A stretch of DNA of 64,000 nt, taken from the NCBI GenBank assembly GCA_016192455.1, contig JACPUC010000010.1, positions 90,856-154,855 of the forward strand. Direction: 5' to 3'. This DNA comes from Candidatus Tectimicrobiota bacterium. GTDB taxonomy: Bacteria > JACPUC01. The notes beneath the pieces were generated by a model, which was not told the DNA's origin, did no database searches, and was given only the letters and a program-made list of their open reading frames with translations. A program made the translations under genes and the position numbers. Shown piece after piece: positions 38,949 through 49,093 of the stretch; position 1 is the stretch's first letter, and every line of letters starts with the position of its first letter.

Positions 38949-41900
38949 CTACGGTATGGCCACGGCGAGCCACCGGCGGACTACCCCTTGCGGCGTGCTC
39001 ACGAGCCACTCGAAGACGCCGTTCGTTTCGGGTGTGAGGGCAAAGCCGGAGAAGGAAGCGGAGCCAATCGCAACTTGGTTCCCTCGGAATGCCCCACTGG
39101 TGAAGTTCAGGAGTGGAACAAGCCGAGTGTTCAACTCGTGCGGGCCTAGAAAGAGCCGCTCAGCAAGGAGCGGTTCGGCTTCTCCAGGGACGTGCAGCCG
39201 CAGCGTGAGAAGGACCGGGGCGGTCGAAGTAATACGGTCCGGGACGACGCTCAGGAAGGGAGGAAGCGGAAGGTTGGGGAAGGTTTCCAGCTCGAAGCTC
39301 GCCACTTCGTTGGTTGCGCTGTCCGTCACATAGGCGCGCCCGCCCCCAGGCGCCACGGCGACGCGCTGAAGGTGCCCGCCCAGCACGATTCTGCGGCTGA
39401 CGGCCAGCACGTCAAGGTCGAGCACGTGCAGCTCGCCCCGCCCGCCGTTGAGGACCAATGCCTGCAATCCGTTGGGCGTGAGGGCGATGCCGAAGGGCCG
39501 GTTGATGATCTGGCCGGAAGAGGTGACTGTAAGGTCTCGAAGGTCAACGGCACTGACGCTGTTCCCAAGCTCGCTGACGACGTAGGCGGTTCGGCCACTC
39601 GGAGCTACAACGACGGCGTTGGGCGCTTCATCGACCGCCAAGCGCGCCAGCACGCCGAGTGGCTCGAGCGCGACGAGCACTACCTGAGCAGCAGCTTGAT
39701 CGGTAACTACAGCAAGAGATCCATCCGCCGTCAACGCAATGCCGACGGGTGCGCCGCCGATTTCGAGCGTGCCTAGCTGGGCAAGTGCATCAAGGTCAAC
39801 TACGCTGAGACTGCCGCCAAGTACATTGGCCACCACCGCGGTCGAACCGTCGGGGGTAATGGCAACGCCATGCGGGCCCTCGCCGACTGCCACCTCGCCT
39901 CGCACGGTGAGGCCACCCAGGTCTACAACGGTGACGCTGCCGCCCTCAAAGTTGGTGACCACGGCCGTTGAGCCGTCGCTGCTGATTGCTGCTTCCACCG
40001 GCCGCTGCCCCACGGGGAGCGTGGCCACGATTTCATGGGTCGCGGTGTCGATCAGGCTCAGCGAATTCCGCTCGCTTGAACCCGGGCCCCTTGAATTGAC
40101 GACCAGCACCTGCTGGCCGCCTGGCCGCACGGTGATCCCTACGGGAACATCGCCCATGGGGGAGCGGGCTGCTGCCGGGGAGCGCTGGATGCTTCCAGCA
40201 GGTTGAAGGATAACGAAGTTGCCGCTGCGCTCTTCCTGCACCAGGAGGCCATCGCGGGTGATGTAACGGATGCCTGCCGTCTGCAAACTGCCGAAATCGG
40301 TGGCTACGCCCCGCCCGTCCGCAAACACATATGCGGGGGACCTGACAAAGTCTGCCCGGTGGCCATCCACCAGTGCGGAGTATGCCAGAAACCGCTCGCG
40401 GGGATTTATCGCCAGCCATCCATTGGGCGGCAATGTCAATGGCCCTTGCTCGGGCAGCGCGACGCGCCACGGCAGCGGCGTGTGGTCGTCCTGGCCGTCG
40501 GCATCTGCATCGATAAACCCATCGTGGTTGACGTAGACCGTAAGCCCGTTTGCATACTGGCTCACGATGCGAACGTCAACGAAGTCGATACCCTCGATCA
40601 GCGCCTCTGACAGAGTCAGGATCGCATCGCCGCTCACGTAGCGGATCGACGCCAGCGGCGCGGCAAGGTACTGCGCCTGAAGTTGTTGCATCAGGTAGTA
40701 CTCTTTGATCGCGGTGCGGAGGAACTGGTTGTCCGTCGTCACCTCGAAGTCGAACCCGGCGTCGGAGAAGTAGCCTGCGTGGCCGAAGGCGATCTGTGTG
40801 GCGCGGTACCGATCAAAGTCGAACCTGCCAGGATCGATCTTTGCTGGCGGCAGGAACGGGCCGCGGAAGCTGCCGGCGAAGCGGTCGTAGAGACCCATGC
40901 CGTGGTTGGCCATGAGCGGCTTCACCACCGTCAGCTCGAAGTCGGGTATGAGGCGAGCCCCTGCCCCTCCCTCAATCTCGCGTTCCACGCCATCGACATA
41001 ACCGGCGTAGTACGAATCGAAGCGGTGGCTGTCGCGTCCCCCCTCGCCCAGCAGGGGACCCTGGTAGATCTGCTGCTGGTGACGAAACAGCTCCCTGGCG
41101 CTCGCAATCATCTGCCGCAAACTGCGCGCCTGGGGGTTGGCGGCGTTCAAATCGGCGAGGTTGAGGGAGCCGGGATCGACCGAGGGGAGCACGTCGAGGA
41201 AGCCGGCGCCGGGGTTGTAGGCGCGGGCGATGCGCGAGCTCTGGTCGCGGGCGAAGGGGAGCATCTTGTCCGGTGCAATGAGGTACGACTGGATCCCTCT
41301 CGTCACGTTAAGCCAGCCCTCCTTGAAGCTGAGGTCGGCGTGGCGCGCGATGGCCGCCTCCTCGAAGAGTGGACTGTTCGGATACATGTGGAGGTAGTTT
41401 TCGTGCAACGCCAGAAGATAGCCGGCCTCGCGCACCGCTGCCAGCAGCTCGCCGAACGAGCCAGACCTCTCCGGCGTGAAATCGTTGGCGGGAAAATGCG
41501 CCGGCAGCTCATTGTCGAAGCCGGCCTGCTGCCATTGGTGGTAGAGCAGGAGCACGTCGTTCAGACCCAGGGCCGCCAGCTGGCGCACCAGCGACGCCGC
41601 GGTGCGGAAGCGTCGGCCGCTGCCGGGCGAGCCTCCTTCGGCTATCAGGAAGGCCGTGTCCGATGTTCCCTGCCAGCGCCCCGTGCGGCCATCGAAGACG
41701 AGGTCGGACACCTCGTCGCGATTCAGTTCCCGGTAGAACCAGTTGCGCTGGCCCTGGGTGGGACTGAAATCTGTCGAGGCAGCGAACCGCTCACCGTTGA
41801 ATTCAATCTGCGCCTCGAAGGCGGTGAGGTTGTAAGGGGAAGGCAGCAGGGCGAGAATGTTGAAAGCAAGCTCATCAGCGCGCTCCAGGTCCACCATGAG

Positions 41901-43031
41901 GTCAAAGGAAACCTCTTCGGTGGCGCCATTCTCAATGGTGTGCGACCACAGGCGCTGCCCGTTCTTGGTAATCTCGACCAGCACTTCAAAACCGAGATCG
42001 TCCAGATCGCGAGCACTGCCGAACACGTGAGCTCGCCCCTGACCAGGACTGACCCACACCCGCGCCACCCCGCTCCTAAACAGGTCGAAATTCCACAGGT
42101 CCCAGACCACCCGTGTGTTGAGCGCGTCGCGGTACGGCGACTTCTCATGGGCGATGTTGGGGAACAGGTCCTCGACTCGCTGGCTAACGGTGACGTACAT
42201 CGTCTCGTCGAGCGCCAGCACGTCTCCGTCGCTGTCCTGCTCATAGAGCGCCGTCGTGCTCGCCCGAATCGAGTCAGGGCCGAAGATCTCCGGACTGTCT
42301 TTCTCGATGCGCGTCGCGTTACTCAGCACCTTATCCGGGTAGAGGGAGAAGAAGAGATTCTGCTGACCTTTGCTGAGCGCGATCGGAATGTCCGACATGT
42401 AAGGGATGACGATCTCCTCTGGACTGGGCGTGTTCAGGCTGCGGCCAATGTGAAACCCGGCATAACCGAAGAGCGTCTTTGCACTCACCCCTACAGAGGC
42501 GACGTGGACCACCAGCGTTCTGCCGCATAAGCGCACCTCGTAGCGTCGCTCAAGAACCTCTTCTCCAAACATGTCGCGAAACCTGAGGATGACCGCGTCA
42601 CCTGCCTGCTCATGCGATACCAGGGCGCTGTGCCCCATCTCGAGGAAGCTGCCCTGCCAGATGATCGAGCCGTCGGCTAACCGATAAAGGGGCCCGGCAA
42701 ATGCCGTGGGGCTGATGTACGTCTCCCCTCCATCAACCGAGGCGTTGATCTTCAGCAACCCGGCAGAGAGATCAGCCAGGTTCATGGTGTACTCGACTGC
42801 GTCGTCTGGGCGGAACAAAAACCGATAGCGTGCGACAGGAGAAGTCTCGAAGACAACAGACGTATCGCCAATGCGAGTAGCGCCCAGAGGTGGAAGGGTT
42901 ACCTGCCCGCCGTTCCAGCAAGCATCGGCTGCGCCACTTAAGAGTAAGGTTAGGAAGAGCAGCAACACAGGGGCCAGGACCCACCTGTACGACACAAGTT
43001 TTCGAGCAACTGTGGAAAGAAGGTGATTCAT
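38949..43031 (-). CDS. Large secreted protein: putative GH101/DUF5696-like glycoside hydrolase barrel plus YVTN beta-propeller
   Basis: Signal peptide; WQQAGFDNELPAHFP..REAGYLLALHENY; repeated VG..P.G.AITPDG...VV.N.....SVVD. Confidence 0.65.
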   Translation of the reverse strand: MNHLLSTVARKLVSYRWVLAPVLLLFLTLLLSGAADACWNGGQVTLPPLGATRIGDTSVVFETSPVARYRFLFRPDDAVEYTMNLADLSAGLLKINASVDGGETYISPTAFAGPLYRLADGSIIWQGSFLEMGHSALVSHEQAGDAVILRFRDMFGEEVLERRYEVRLCGRTLVVHVASVGVSAKTLFGYAGFHIGRSLNTPSPEEIVIPYMSDIPIALSKGQQNLFFSLYPDKVLSNATRIEKDSPEIFGPDSIRASTTALYEQDSDGDVLALDETMYVTVSQRVEDLFPNIAHEKSPYRDALNTRVVWDLWNFDLFRSGVARVWVSPGQGRAHVFGSARDLDDLGFEVLVEITKNGQRLWSHTIENGATEEVSFDLMVDLERADELAFNILALLPSPYNLTAFEAQIEFNGERFAASTDFSPTQGQRNWFYRELNRDEVSDLVFDGRTGRWQGTSDTAFLIAEGGSPGSGRRFRTAASLVRQLAALGLNDVLLLYHQWQQAGFDNELPAHFPANDFTPERSGSFGELLAAVREAGYLLALHENYLHMYPNSPLFEEAAIARHADLSFKEGWLNVTRGIQSYLIAPDKMLPFARDQSSRIARAYNPGAGFLDVLPSVDPGSLNLADLNAANPQARSLRQMIASARELFRHQQQIYQGPLLGEGGRDSHRFDSYYAGYVDGVEREIEGGAGARLIPDFELTVVKPLMANHGMGLYDRFAGSFRGPFLPPAKIDPGRFDFDRYRATQIAFGHAGYFSDAGFDFEVTTDNQFLRTAIKEYYLMQQLQAQYLAAPLASIRYVSGDAILTLSEALIEGIDFVDVRIVSQYANGLTVYVNHDGFIDADADGQDDHTPLPWRVALPEQGPLTLPPNGWLAINPRERFLAYSALVDGHRADFVRSPAYVFADGRGVATDFGSLQTAGIRYITRDGLLVQEERSGNFVILQPAGSIQRSPAAARSPMGDVPVGITVRPGGQQVLVVNSRGPGSSERNSLSLIDTATHEIVATLPVGQRPVEAAISSDGSTAVVTNFEGGSVTVVDLGGLTVRGEVAVGEGPHGVAITPDGSTAVVANVLGGSLSVVDLDALAQLGTLEIGGAPVGIALTADGSLAVVTDQAAAQVVLVALEPLGVLARLAVDEAPNAVVVAPSGRTAYVVSELGNSVSAVDLRDLTVTSSGQIINRPFGIALTPNGLQALVLNGGRGELHVLDLDVLAVSRRIVLGGHLQRVAVAPGGGRAYVTDSATNEVASFELETFPNLPLPPFLSVVPDRITSTAPVLLTLRLHVPGEAEPLLAERLFLGPHELNTRLVPLLNFTSGAFRGNQVAIGSASFSGFALTPETNGVFEWLVSTPQGVVRRWLAVAIP

Positions 43032-43156
43032 CTCAACCCCGACCCTTTTGGTGACAGCGCAGAGCATGATATGCTTTGGCTCCGCTCCCCCTTCGTGCGC
43101 TACTTACGTGGCATCTGCGTGCGGGCCCATTGCGCAAGTTCACTCTGGCCTTCTCC

Positions 43157-46100
43157 TCATTCCCGCACCGCCTCCCCTTGCGCTCGAACCTCCTCGTACA
43201 CCCGCTTCTGCAGGTGCTTACCAACGAGATTCTGGAACTCCTTGTCATTGATGAAGCGGGCCGTGATGTCTTCGTTCTGCTCCATGCGGTCGATGAACAG
43301 ACCCTCAAGCGCCTTCAGGAAGACGTAGCCGAAGTTCTCTATGGTGTTGGCCAGGGCGGCCTGCCGGATGCCAGGATTGGCGATGGCGTCCTCCCGGATC
43401 GAATCAAGGAAAAGTTGGTCCCCTGGCTTGAAGTCCGTGCCGAAGCGTTCGTTGAGGAGGTCGATCAACCTCGACAGCTCGATTTCCTCGCCTTGCATGG
43501 CGCCGGTTCCGACAGCTACCGGCCCCGCGACCTCGCCGCCTTTTCCCGCTTCAAGGCTGATCGAGCCCTCGCTGATCTTTTGCAGCCGGTAGAACTTCAG
43601 CGCCACCTCCTCATCGAAGCTGTAGACAGGCCCCAGGTCGCCTTTCGGCAACTTTGCGAGAAGGTATCGGAGGTAGGAGTAGAGCTTCTCCAAGTCCGAG
43701 TCCTGGAATGGAATAACCTGTGACAGAAAGGCGTAGAGATTCCGGAAGGCGATGAGCGTGGTGCGGAACTCCTCTCGATCCTCGTCGTCGAGCTGCTGGT
43801 ACCTCGCCACCGCCGGGTCGAGGCAAGCGTTCATGCGGGCGTTGTCCGCGGCGGTCTGCGTGCGCTTCGGCCTGTAGAAAACCCTGCAGAACTCCTCCAC
43901 CTCGGCCTGGTGGTAGACTTGCCGGCTATCGAGCTTCGCCTGAAGCTCGTAGAGCTGCCTCGGCTCGGCCCGCTCGCCGATGAGCGTCTGTTCATAGTAC
44001 GGCTGGAAGGCCGCCAGGATTTCCTCGGGTTCGTTTACGAAGTCGAGGACGAACGTATCCTCCTTGCCGGGGCACACGCGGTTCAGGCGCGACAGGGTCT
44101 GCACCGCCTGCAAACCCGCCAGGCGCTTGTCGACGTACATCGTGTGGAGGAGGGGCTGGTCAAAGCCGGTCTGGTACTTCTCGGCCACCAGGAGGACCTG
44201 GTACTCGTCCGTAGCGAAGCGCTCCGGTAGCTCCTTCTCGCGGATGCCCTGGTTCATTCCCGGCTCGGTGTACTCAACACCCGGCGCGTCGGGGTCTGCA
44301 ACCGTGCCCGAGAAGGCGACCAGCACCTTGATCCCCGCATAGCCCTTCTCGGCGATGTAGCTATCGAACGCCTGCTTGTAGCGCACGGCGGGTAGGCGGC
44401 TGGAGGTCACCACCATGGCCTTGGCCCTGCCGCCGATCTTGTGCATCGTGAAGTGCCGGAAGTGCTCGACCATCACCTCCGTCTTCTGGGCGATGTTGTG
44501 CGGGTGCAGGCTCATGAACCGCGCCAGCGCCCGCGCCGCCTTGCGCTTGTCCACGCGCGGATCGTCGGCAATGGACTTGATGAGGCGGTAGTAGGTCTTG
44601 TAGGTCGTGTAGTGCCGCAGCACGTCGAGGATGAACCCCTCCTCGATGGCCTGGCGCATGCTGTAGAGGTGCGAGGGGTGCGGCTTGCCGTCCGGCCCTT
44701 CCTGCCCGAAGACCTCCAGCGTCTTGTACTTCGGGGTGGCGGTGAAGGCGAAGAAGCTGATGTTCGGCTGGTGCCCGCGCTTCAGGATCGCCTTCAGGAT
44801 TTCTTCCTCGTAATCCGGCAGGCTCCGGCCCCCGGCATACGCGGCTACTTCTTCCCGCACCACGGCTTCGGCCAGGACGCCCTTCAGCTCCGTCGCCGTC
44901 TCGCCCCCTTGCGAGCTGTGGGCTTCGTCGATGATGACGGCGTAGCGGCGCTTCGGCAGGTCGCCGATCTTCTCGGTGACGAAGGGAAATTTCTGCAGCG
45001 TCGTGATGACGATGGGCACGCCCACCGCCAACGCCTGCGCGAGCTGGGCCGAGTCCGCGTCGATCTTCCGCACCACGCCTTGCTTGTGCTCGAACTGGTA
45101 GATCGTGTTCTGGAGCTGCTGGTCAAGCACCACGCGGTCGGTCACGACGATGACGGAGTCGAACACCTTCTCGTCGCGCTCGTCGTAGAGGCTTGCCAGC
45201 CGGTGGGCGAGCCAGGCGATGGAATTGCTCTTGCCGCTGCCGGTGGAGTGCTGGACGAGGTAGTTGACCCCCGCCCCCGCCTGTCGCGCCTGGGAAACCA
45301 GCCGTCGCACACAGTCGAGCTGGTGGTGGCGCGGAAAGATCATGCTCTCCCGCCGCACCCGCTTGCCGCCGAGCCGCTTCTCCTCGATCTGCAGGTGGAT
45401 GAACCGCCCCAGGATGTCGAGCAGGCTATGACGCTCCAGGACTTCCTCCCACAGGTAGGCCGTCCTCCAGCCCTTGGGGTTCTCCGGGTTACCCGCGCCA
45501 CCTGCGCAGCCCTTGTTGAACGGCAGGAAATGGGTGCTGCGGCCCGAGAGGCGCGTGGTCATGGAGACCTCGTCGGGGTCCACCGCGAAATGGACGAGGG
45601 CGCGCCTCTTGAACTGAAAGATGAGGTCGGCGGGGTCGCGGTCGTGCTGGTACTGGTGCGCGGCGTTGCGCCAGGTCTGCCCGGTCATCGGGTTCTTCAG
45701 CTCCGCCGTGACGATGGGGATGCCGTTCAGGCTCAGAACCACGTCCAAGGTGTTGCCGTGGCGGTTTGAGTAACGGAGCTGGCGGGTGATGGTCAGGCGG
45801 TTGGCGGCGTAGAGGCGCTGCGTCTCGGGGTTCATGCCGCTGGCGGGCGCGAAGTAAGCGGCGCGGAAGAGCTTGCCGAAGCACTTGAAACCGTGCCGCA
45901 GCACCTTCAGGCAGCCCACGTGCTCCGAGTCGAGCGCCCGGCAGAGGTCCTCCAGCAGCGTCGCCTCGGCCTTCTCCTTTTGCAGGTTCTTGAGGTACTC
46001 CCACTCCTTTGGCTGCGTCTCCAGGACGAAGGCGAGGAAGACCTTCAGGTCGATGCAGCGCTCGCGGTCGAAGGCGTCACGCTCGCCCTTGGCGTAGCCG

Positions 46101-46165
46101 CCGGAAGAGACGAGGTATTCCTCGATGGCTGATTCAAAGGCGGCTTCGGTGTGTGGGCCGGGCAT
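43157..46165 (-). CDS. hsdR: Type I restriction endonuclease subunit R
   Basis: D.VLSLNGIPIVTAELKN, HSTGSGKS, DEAH, FTATP, TGFDQP and QTLSRLNR. Confidence 0.95.
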   Translation of the reverse strand: MPGPHTEAAFESAIEEYLVSSGGYAKGERDAFDRERCIDLKVFLAFVLETQPKEWEYLKNLQKEKAEATLLEDLCRALDSEHVGCLKVLRHGFKCFGKLFRAAYFAPASGMNPETQRLYAANRLTITRQLRYSNRHGNTLDVVLSLNGIPIVTAELKNPMTGQTWRNAAHQYQHDRDPADLIFQFKRRALVHFAVDPDEVSMTTRLSGRSTHFLPFNKGCAGGAGNPENPKGWRTAYLWEEVLERHSLLDILGRFIHLQIEEKRLGGKRVRRESMIFPRHHQLDCVRRLVSQARQAGAGVNYLVQHSTGSGKSNSIAWLAHRLASLYDERDEKVFDSVIVVTDRVVLDQQLQNTIYQFEHKQGVVRKIDADSAQLAQALAVGVPIVITTLQKFPFVTEKIGDLPKRRYAVIIDEAHSSQGGETATELKGVLAEAVVREEVAAYAGGRSLPDYEEEILKAILKRGHQPNISFFAFTATPKYKTLEVFGQEGPDGKPHPSHLYSMRQAIEEGFILDVLRHYTTYKTYYRLIKSIADDPRVDKRKAARALARFMSLHPHNIAQKTEVMVEHFRHFTMHKIGGRAKAMVVTSSRLPAVRYKQAFDSYIAEKGYAGIKVLVAFSGTVADPDAPGVEYTEPGMNQGIREKELPERFATDEYQVLLVAEKYQTGFDQPLLHTMYVDKRLAGLQAVQTLSRLNRVCPGKEDTFVLDFVNEPEEILAAFQPYYEQTLIGERAEPRQLYELQAKLDSRQVYHQAEVEEFCRVFYRPKRTQTAADNARMNACLDPAVARYQQLDDEDREEFRTTLIAFRNLYAFLSQVIPFQDSDLEKLYSYLRYLLAKLPKGDLGPVYSFDEEVALKFYRLQKISEGSISLEAGKGGEVAGPVAVGTGAMQGEEIELSRLIDLLNERFGTDFKPGDQLFLDSIREDAIANPGIRQAALANTIENFGYVFLKALEGLFIDRMEQNEDITARFINDKEFQNLVGKHLQKRVYEEVRAQGEAVRE

Positions 46166-46689
46166 CAGTCCCCTCCCGTCCATTCAAACCGAATGGCTAA
46201 ATCCTTGAGCATGAAAAAGGTGTCCTTGTAGGTCACGTTGAATTGGGCGCAAACATCGGGAAGCAGGACGCGGTTTCTGGATTCAGGGCGCGGCTGTTCA
46301 TTCGTCACAACAATCGTATCGTGGATCATCGCGTACGCAACGAGCCAGCCGTCCGCTTCCGTTGCAAACTTCGCCTTGGCTCGGTCGAAATACTGGGGAT
46401 TTCGCTGCTCCCATAGCATGACTTCGGCATAGGCAGAAGTCACGCCTTCGCCGTCCGTGTTGAGAAAGAAGTCGGAGCGCAGGTTTTTTTTGACCCATTG
46501 CACCAGATCCTCGGTCTTCCTCCCGGCAAGCAGCTCGCTTCTCACTCTATCGAGGCTGCGGATCCTCCCGGCTTTGTAATGGTGAATCAGGCTTCCCCAG
46601 AATCCGGGACAAATCTCGAATGCGTAATACTGATTTTTTGCTGATATGAACACATCCGCGTCCATAATATATATCCGTGCTGCATTCAT
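46165..46689 (-). CDS. DUF4411 family PIN-like protein
   Basis: YIMDADVFISAK..YYAFEICPGFW, ADGWLVAYA and VVTNE..LPDVC. Confidence 0.85.
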   Translation of the reverse strand: MNAARIYIMDADVFISAKNQYYAFEICPGFWGSLIHHYKAGRIRSLDRVRSELLAGRKTEDLVQWVKKNLRSDFFLNTDGEGVTSAYAEVMLWEQRNPQYFDRAKAKFATEADGWLVAYAMIHDTIVVTNEQPRPESRNRVLLPDVCAQFNVTYKDTFFMLKDLAIRFEWTGGD

Positions 46690-47840
46690 GGCAGGTCAAA
46701 TCCCAGGCGGCGGGCATACTCTTGGAAGGCGCCGCCACGCAACCCGGTTAAGTCATATGCCTCTTTGAAGCTGACCCGCCCTTCTTTCGCGGCACGGATG
46801 ATCTGCATGGCAAACATTTGACTAACACGCACATTCTGGTTGTTGTAGAAATCGCCTCCACCCGCACTCTTCCTCTGCCTGCGCTCTTGCCTGATGTAGG
46901 CATAGTAGAAGGTAAAAAACGTTTCACGGTCCACCAAACGTAGGTCCATTGCCCGGCGGCCGGCGACGGTGGGGCTGACTTTGAATTCTCTGGCAAGCTC
47001 CTCGAACGGTTGCGGCTTGTCTTTCACGTCACGCCAGTGGGCTTTCAGCTCCCGCGCCGGCAGCAGGAATTCCGCCGCTGCCTTGTCACAAAATCTTTCG
47101 ACTTCCGTACCGTCGGGAAAAATGTCCCTGAATCCGGACACCCCTTCGCCTTCGGGACCCAACCAGATATGCGCCAGTTCGTGAGCCAGCGTGAACATCT
47201 GCGCCGACTTCGCGTCCGCGCCGTTTACGAAGATGAGGGGCGCATACGCATCACAGAGGGCGAAGCCGCGAAACTCCTCCACGTCCAGCGTGCGGTGCGT
47301 GTTATTCCCCACCACGCCGTTGATCACCGCCATAATGCCCAGGTGCTCGATACCGCGGCGCAATTCGCCGACCGCTTCTTCCCAAGTGCGGACCTCGGCG
47401 GCCCACCCCTCGCCGAAACCGATGGTGCGCCGCATCTCACGCCCGACAGCATCCGGATCGTCGGTCAACCGTGCGGTTCCCACGAAATCCAACGGCTCCG
47501 CTTCGCATTCGAGGCGCTCCTCACGCAGCCATGCCTGGCGCCGTTGCATCGTGTAGATGGTGTCCAGCAGATCGGGGCTTGGACGGGTAACCTCCCCAGG
47601 ACGGATCGTGCGAAAATCGGGAATCGGGATACGTTCCTCGGGGGGATCGGGCAGAAAGAGGTACCCGATTGGAACGTACAACGCCTTCGCGAAGTCCTCC
47701 AACTGCTTGAGCGTCGGTTGCGCTTCGCCTTGTTCCCATTGATCGAGCTTCGGGAACTTCTTGGCAAGCTCCTCCACGGTGCGATCAGCCCGCTCGCGTG
47801 CCCAGCGCAGCAGCTTCGGTTGGACCATGACCCGGGCCAT
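46686..47840 (-). CDS. XRE-HTH plus ImmA/IrrE metallopeptidase
   Basis: LRWARER..WEQGEAQPTLKQL HTH and the HExxH motif FTLAHELAH. Confidence 0.9.
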   Translation of the reverse strand: MARVMVQPKLLRWARERADRTVEELAKKFPKLDQWEQGEAQPTLKQLEDFAKALYVPIGYLFLPDPPEERIPIPDFRTIRPGEVTRPSPDLLDTIYTMQRRQAWLREERLECEAEPLDFVGTARLTDDPDAVGREMRRTIGFGEGWAAEVRTWEEAVGELRRGIEHLGIMAVINGVVGNNTHRTLDVEEFRGFALCDAYAPLIFVNGADAKSAQMFTLAHELAHIWLGPEGEGVSGFRDIFPDGTEVERFCDKAAAEFLLPARELKAHWRDVKDKPQPFEELAREFKVSPTVAGRRAMDLRLVDRETFFTFYYAYIRQERRQRKSAGGGDFYNNQNVRVSQMFAMQIIRAAKEGRVSFKEAYDLTGLRGGAFQEYARRLGFDLP

Positions 47841-49093
47841 CAGGCGACCTCCTGGCGCACGTCGATCTTGCCGGTCACCGCCGCGGAGATGAGGGCGATG
47901 CGGTATTCGCGGAGGAGAGCGACGCTATGCTCGATCGTGGTGCTGATTGAAGAGACGTCTTCGCTCACTCGATCGAGGTGTTCTGCAATCACTTGCTGCT
48001 CGTTAAGGGGTAGAAGCAGGACACGAAGACCCGCTATTAGTTCGCAATTCAGGGCAGGCTGATTGGCTCCACGGCCTCCTTCGCGGATCGGCTCGTACAT
48101 GTGCTGGAGCAAGTAGTGCACGTATCGGCCAACCAATCGGCTCCTCGGAATGATAGCGGCCATGTTTTGATTGATTGCAGCATCGGTTGCCATCAGGGCC
48201 GACATGCCACGCGTACGACCTTGACCAACCAACCCGATCACCACAGAACCGGCAGGCACGACCTCCAGTCCGGACTCTAGCCGGGCGGTCTCGGTGATCC
48301 ACTCGGATGGTTCCGTAATTATGTCTTCATTGACCTTCGAACTCGATAGCCACGGAACGTCTCCGTCCATCCAGTACTCCATGTGGGTACGTGACGGCGT
48401 CGAACCGTTCCGCACTCGCGCAAAGTACCCAAGCCGCACAACTAACCAGTACGCGGGAACTTCACCCAGCCACTCGATGCCGGAGTCCTTCATCTTGACG
48501 CTATGATTAAGGCCCTTGGTGACCGCATGGCTGATGAGGGCGGCGCGCTTCTCCTGGAGGAGCTCGATCTGCCGCTGCTTCTTCGCAATCAGCAAATCAA
48601 TCCGCGCCGTCTCGCGGTCAAGGAAGGCGGCAATGGACCGCTGTTCGTCGGGGGGAGGAGTTGGCAGACGTCGGCCATATGCGTCCTCGCGGTCCAACCC
48701 GGGGACTGCGGAGTCCTTTGACACATCATCGAGCCGAACCCACGTCAGAGCGTAGTACAACCACCGAAGGTTCACATTCGAGAAGCGAGCGTCGACGAAA
48801 TAGGTTGTGTCAATCGCGAATACCGGAGCTTCGGAGTATTGCACCTTTCCAAATGAGCCTTTACGTCCAACAACGATACACGGAGCGATCGCATTTGAAT
48901 GATTGTGTGCGCCCACCGGACCATTCGAACCGTAGACCGGAATCTCACCATCGCCACGATTATCGGATGCCAATGCTTCACCGTACGCTAGCCGACAAAT
49001 GCGTTTCAGACCATGAAAATCCCAATGCTCGGGCACGTCGCCCAGCCATTCGACGCCGGACGGCTTGTACCGTGGATACGCCTCCTTGCTCAT
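47840..49093 (-). CDS. hsdS: Type I R-M specificity subunit
   Basis: Two SG(V/I)EWLG..P..W repeats, PP.DEQ..IA.FLD and ALISAAVTGKIDV. Confidence 0.95.
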   Translation of the reverse strand: MSKEAYPRYKPSGVEWLGDVPEHWDFHGLKRICRLAYGEALASDNRGDGEIPVYGSNGPVGAHNHSNAIAPCIVVGRKGSFGKVQYSEAPVFAIDTTYFVDARFSNVNLRWLYYALTWVRLDDVSKDSAVPGLDREDAYGRRLPTPPPDEQRSIAAFLDRETARIDLLIAKKQRQIELLQEKRAALISHAVTKGLNHSVKMKDSGIEWLGEVPAYWLVVRLGYFARVRNGSTPSRTHMEYWMDGDVPWLSSSKVNEDIITEPSEWITETARLESGLEVVPAGSVVIGLVGQGRTRGMSALMATDAAINQNMAAIIPRSRLVGRYVHYLLQHMYEPIREGGRGANQPALNCELIAGLRVLLLPLNEQQVIAEHLDRVSEDVSSISTTIEHSVALLREYRIALISAAVTGKIDVRQEVA

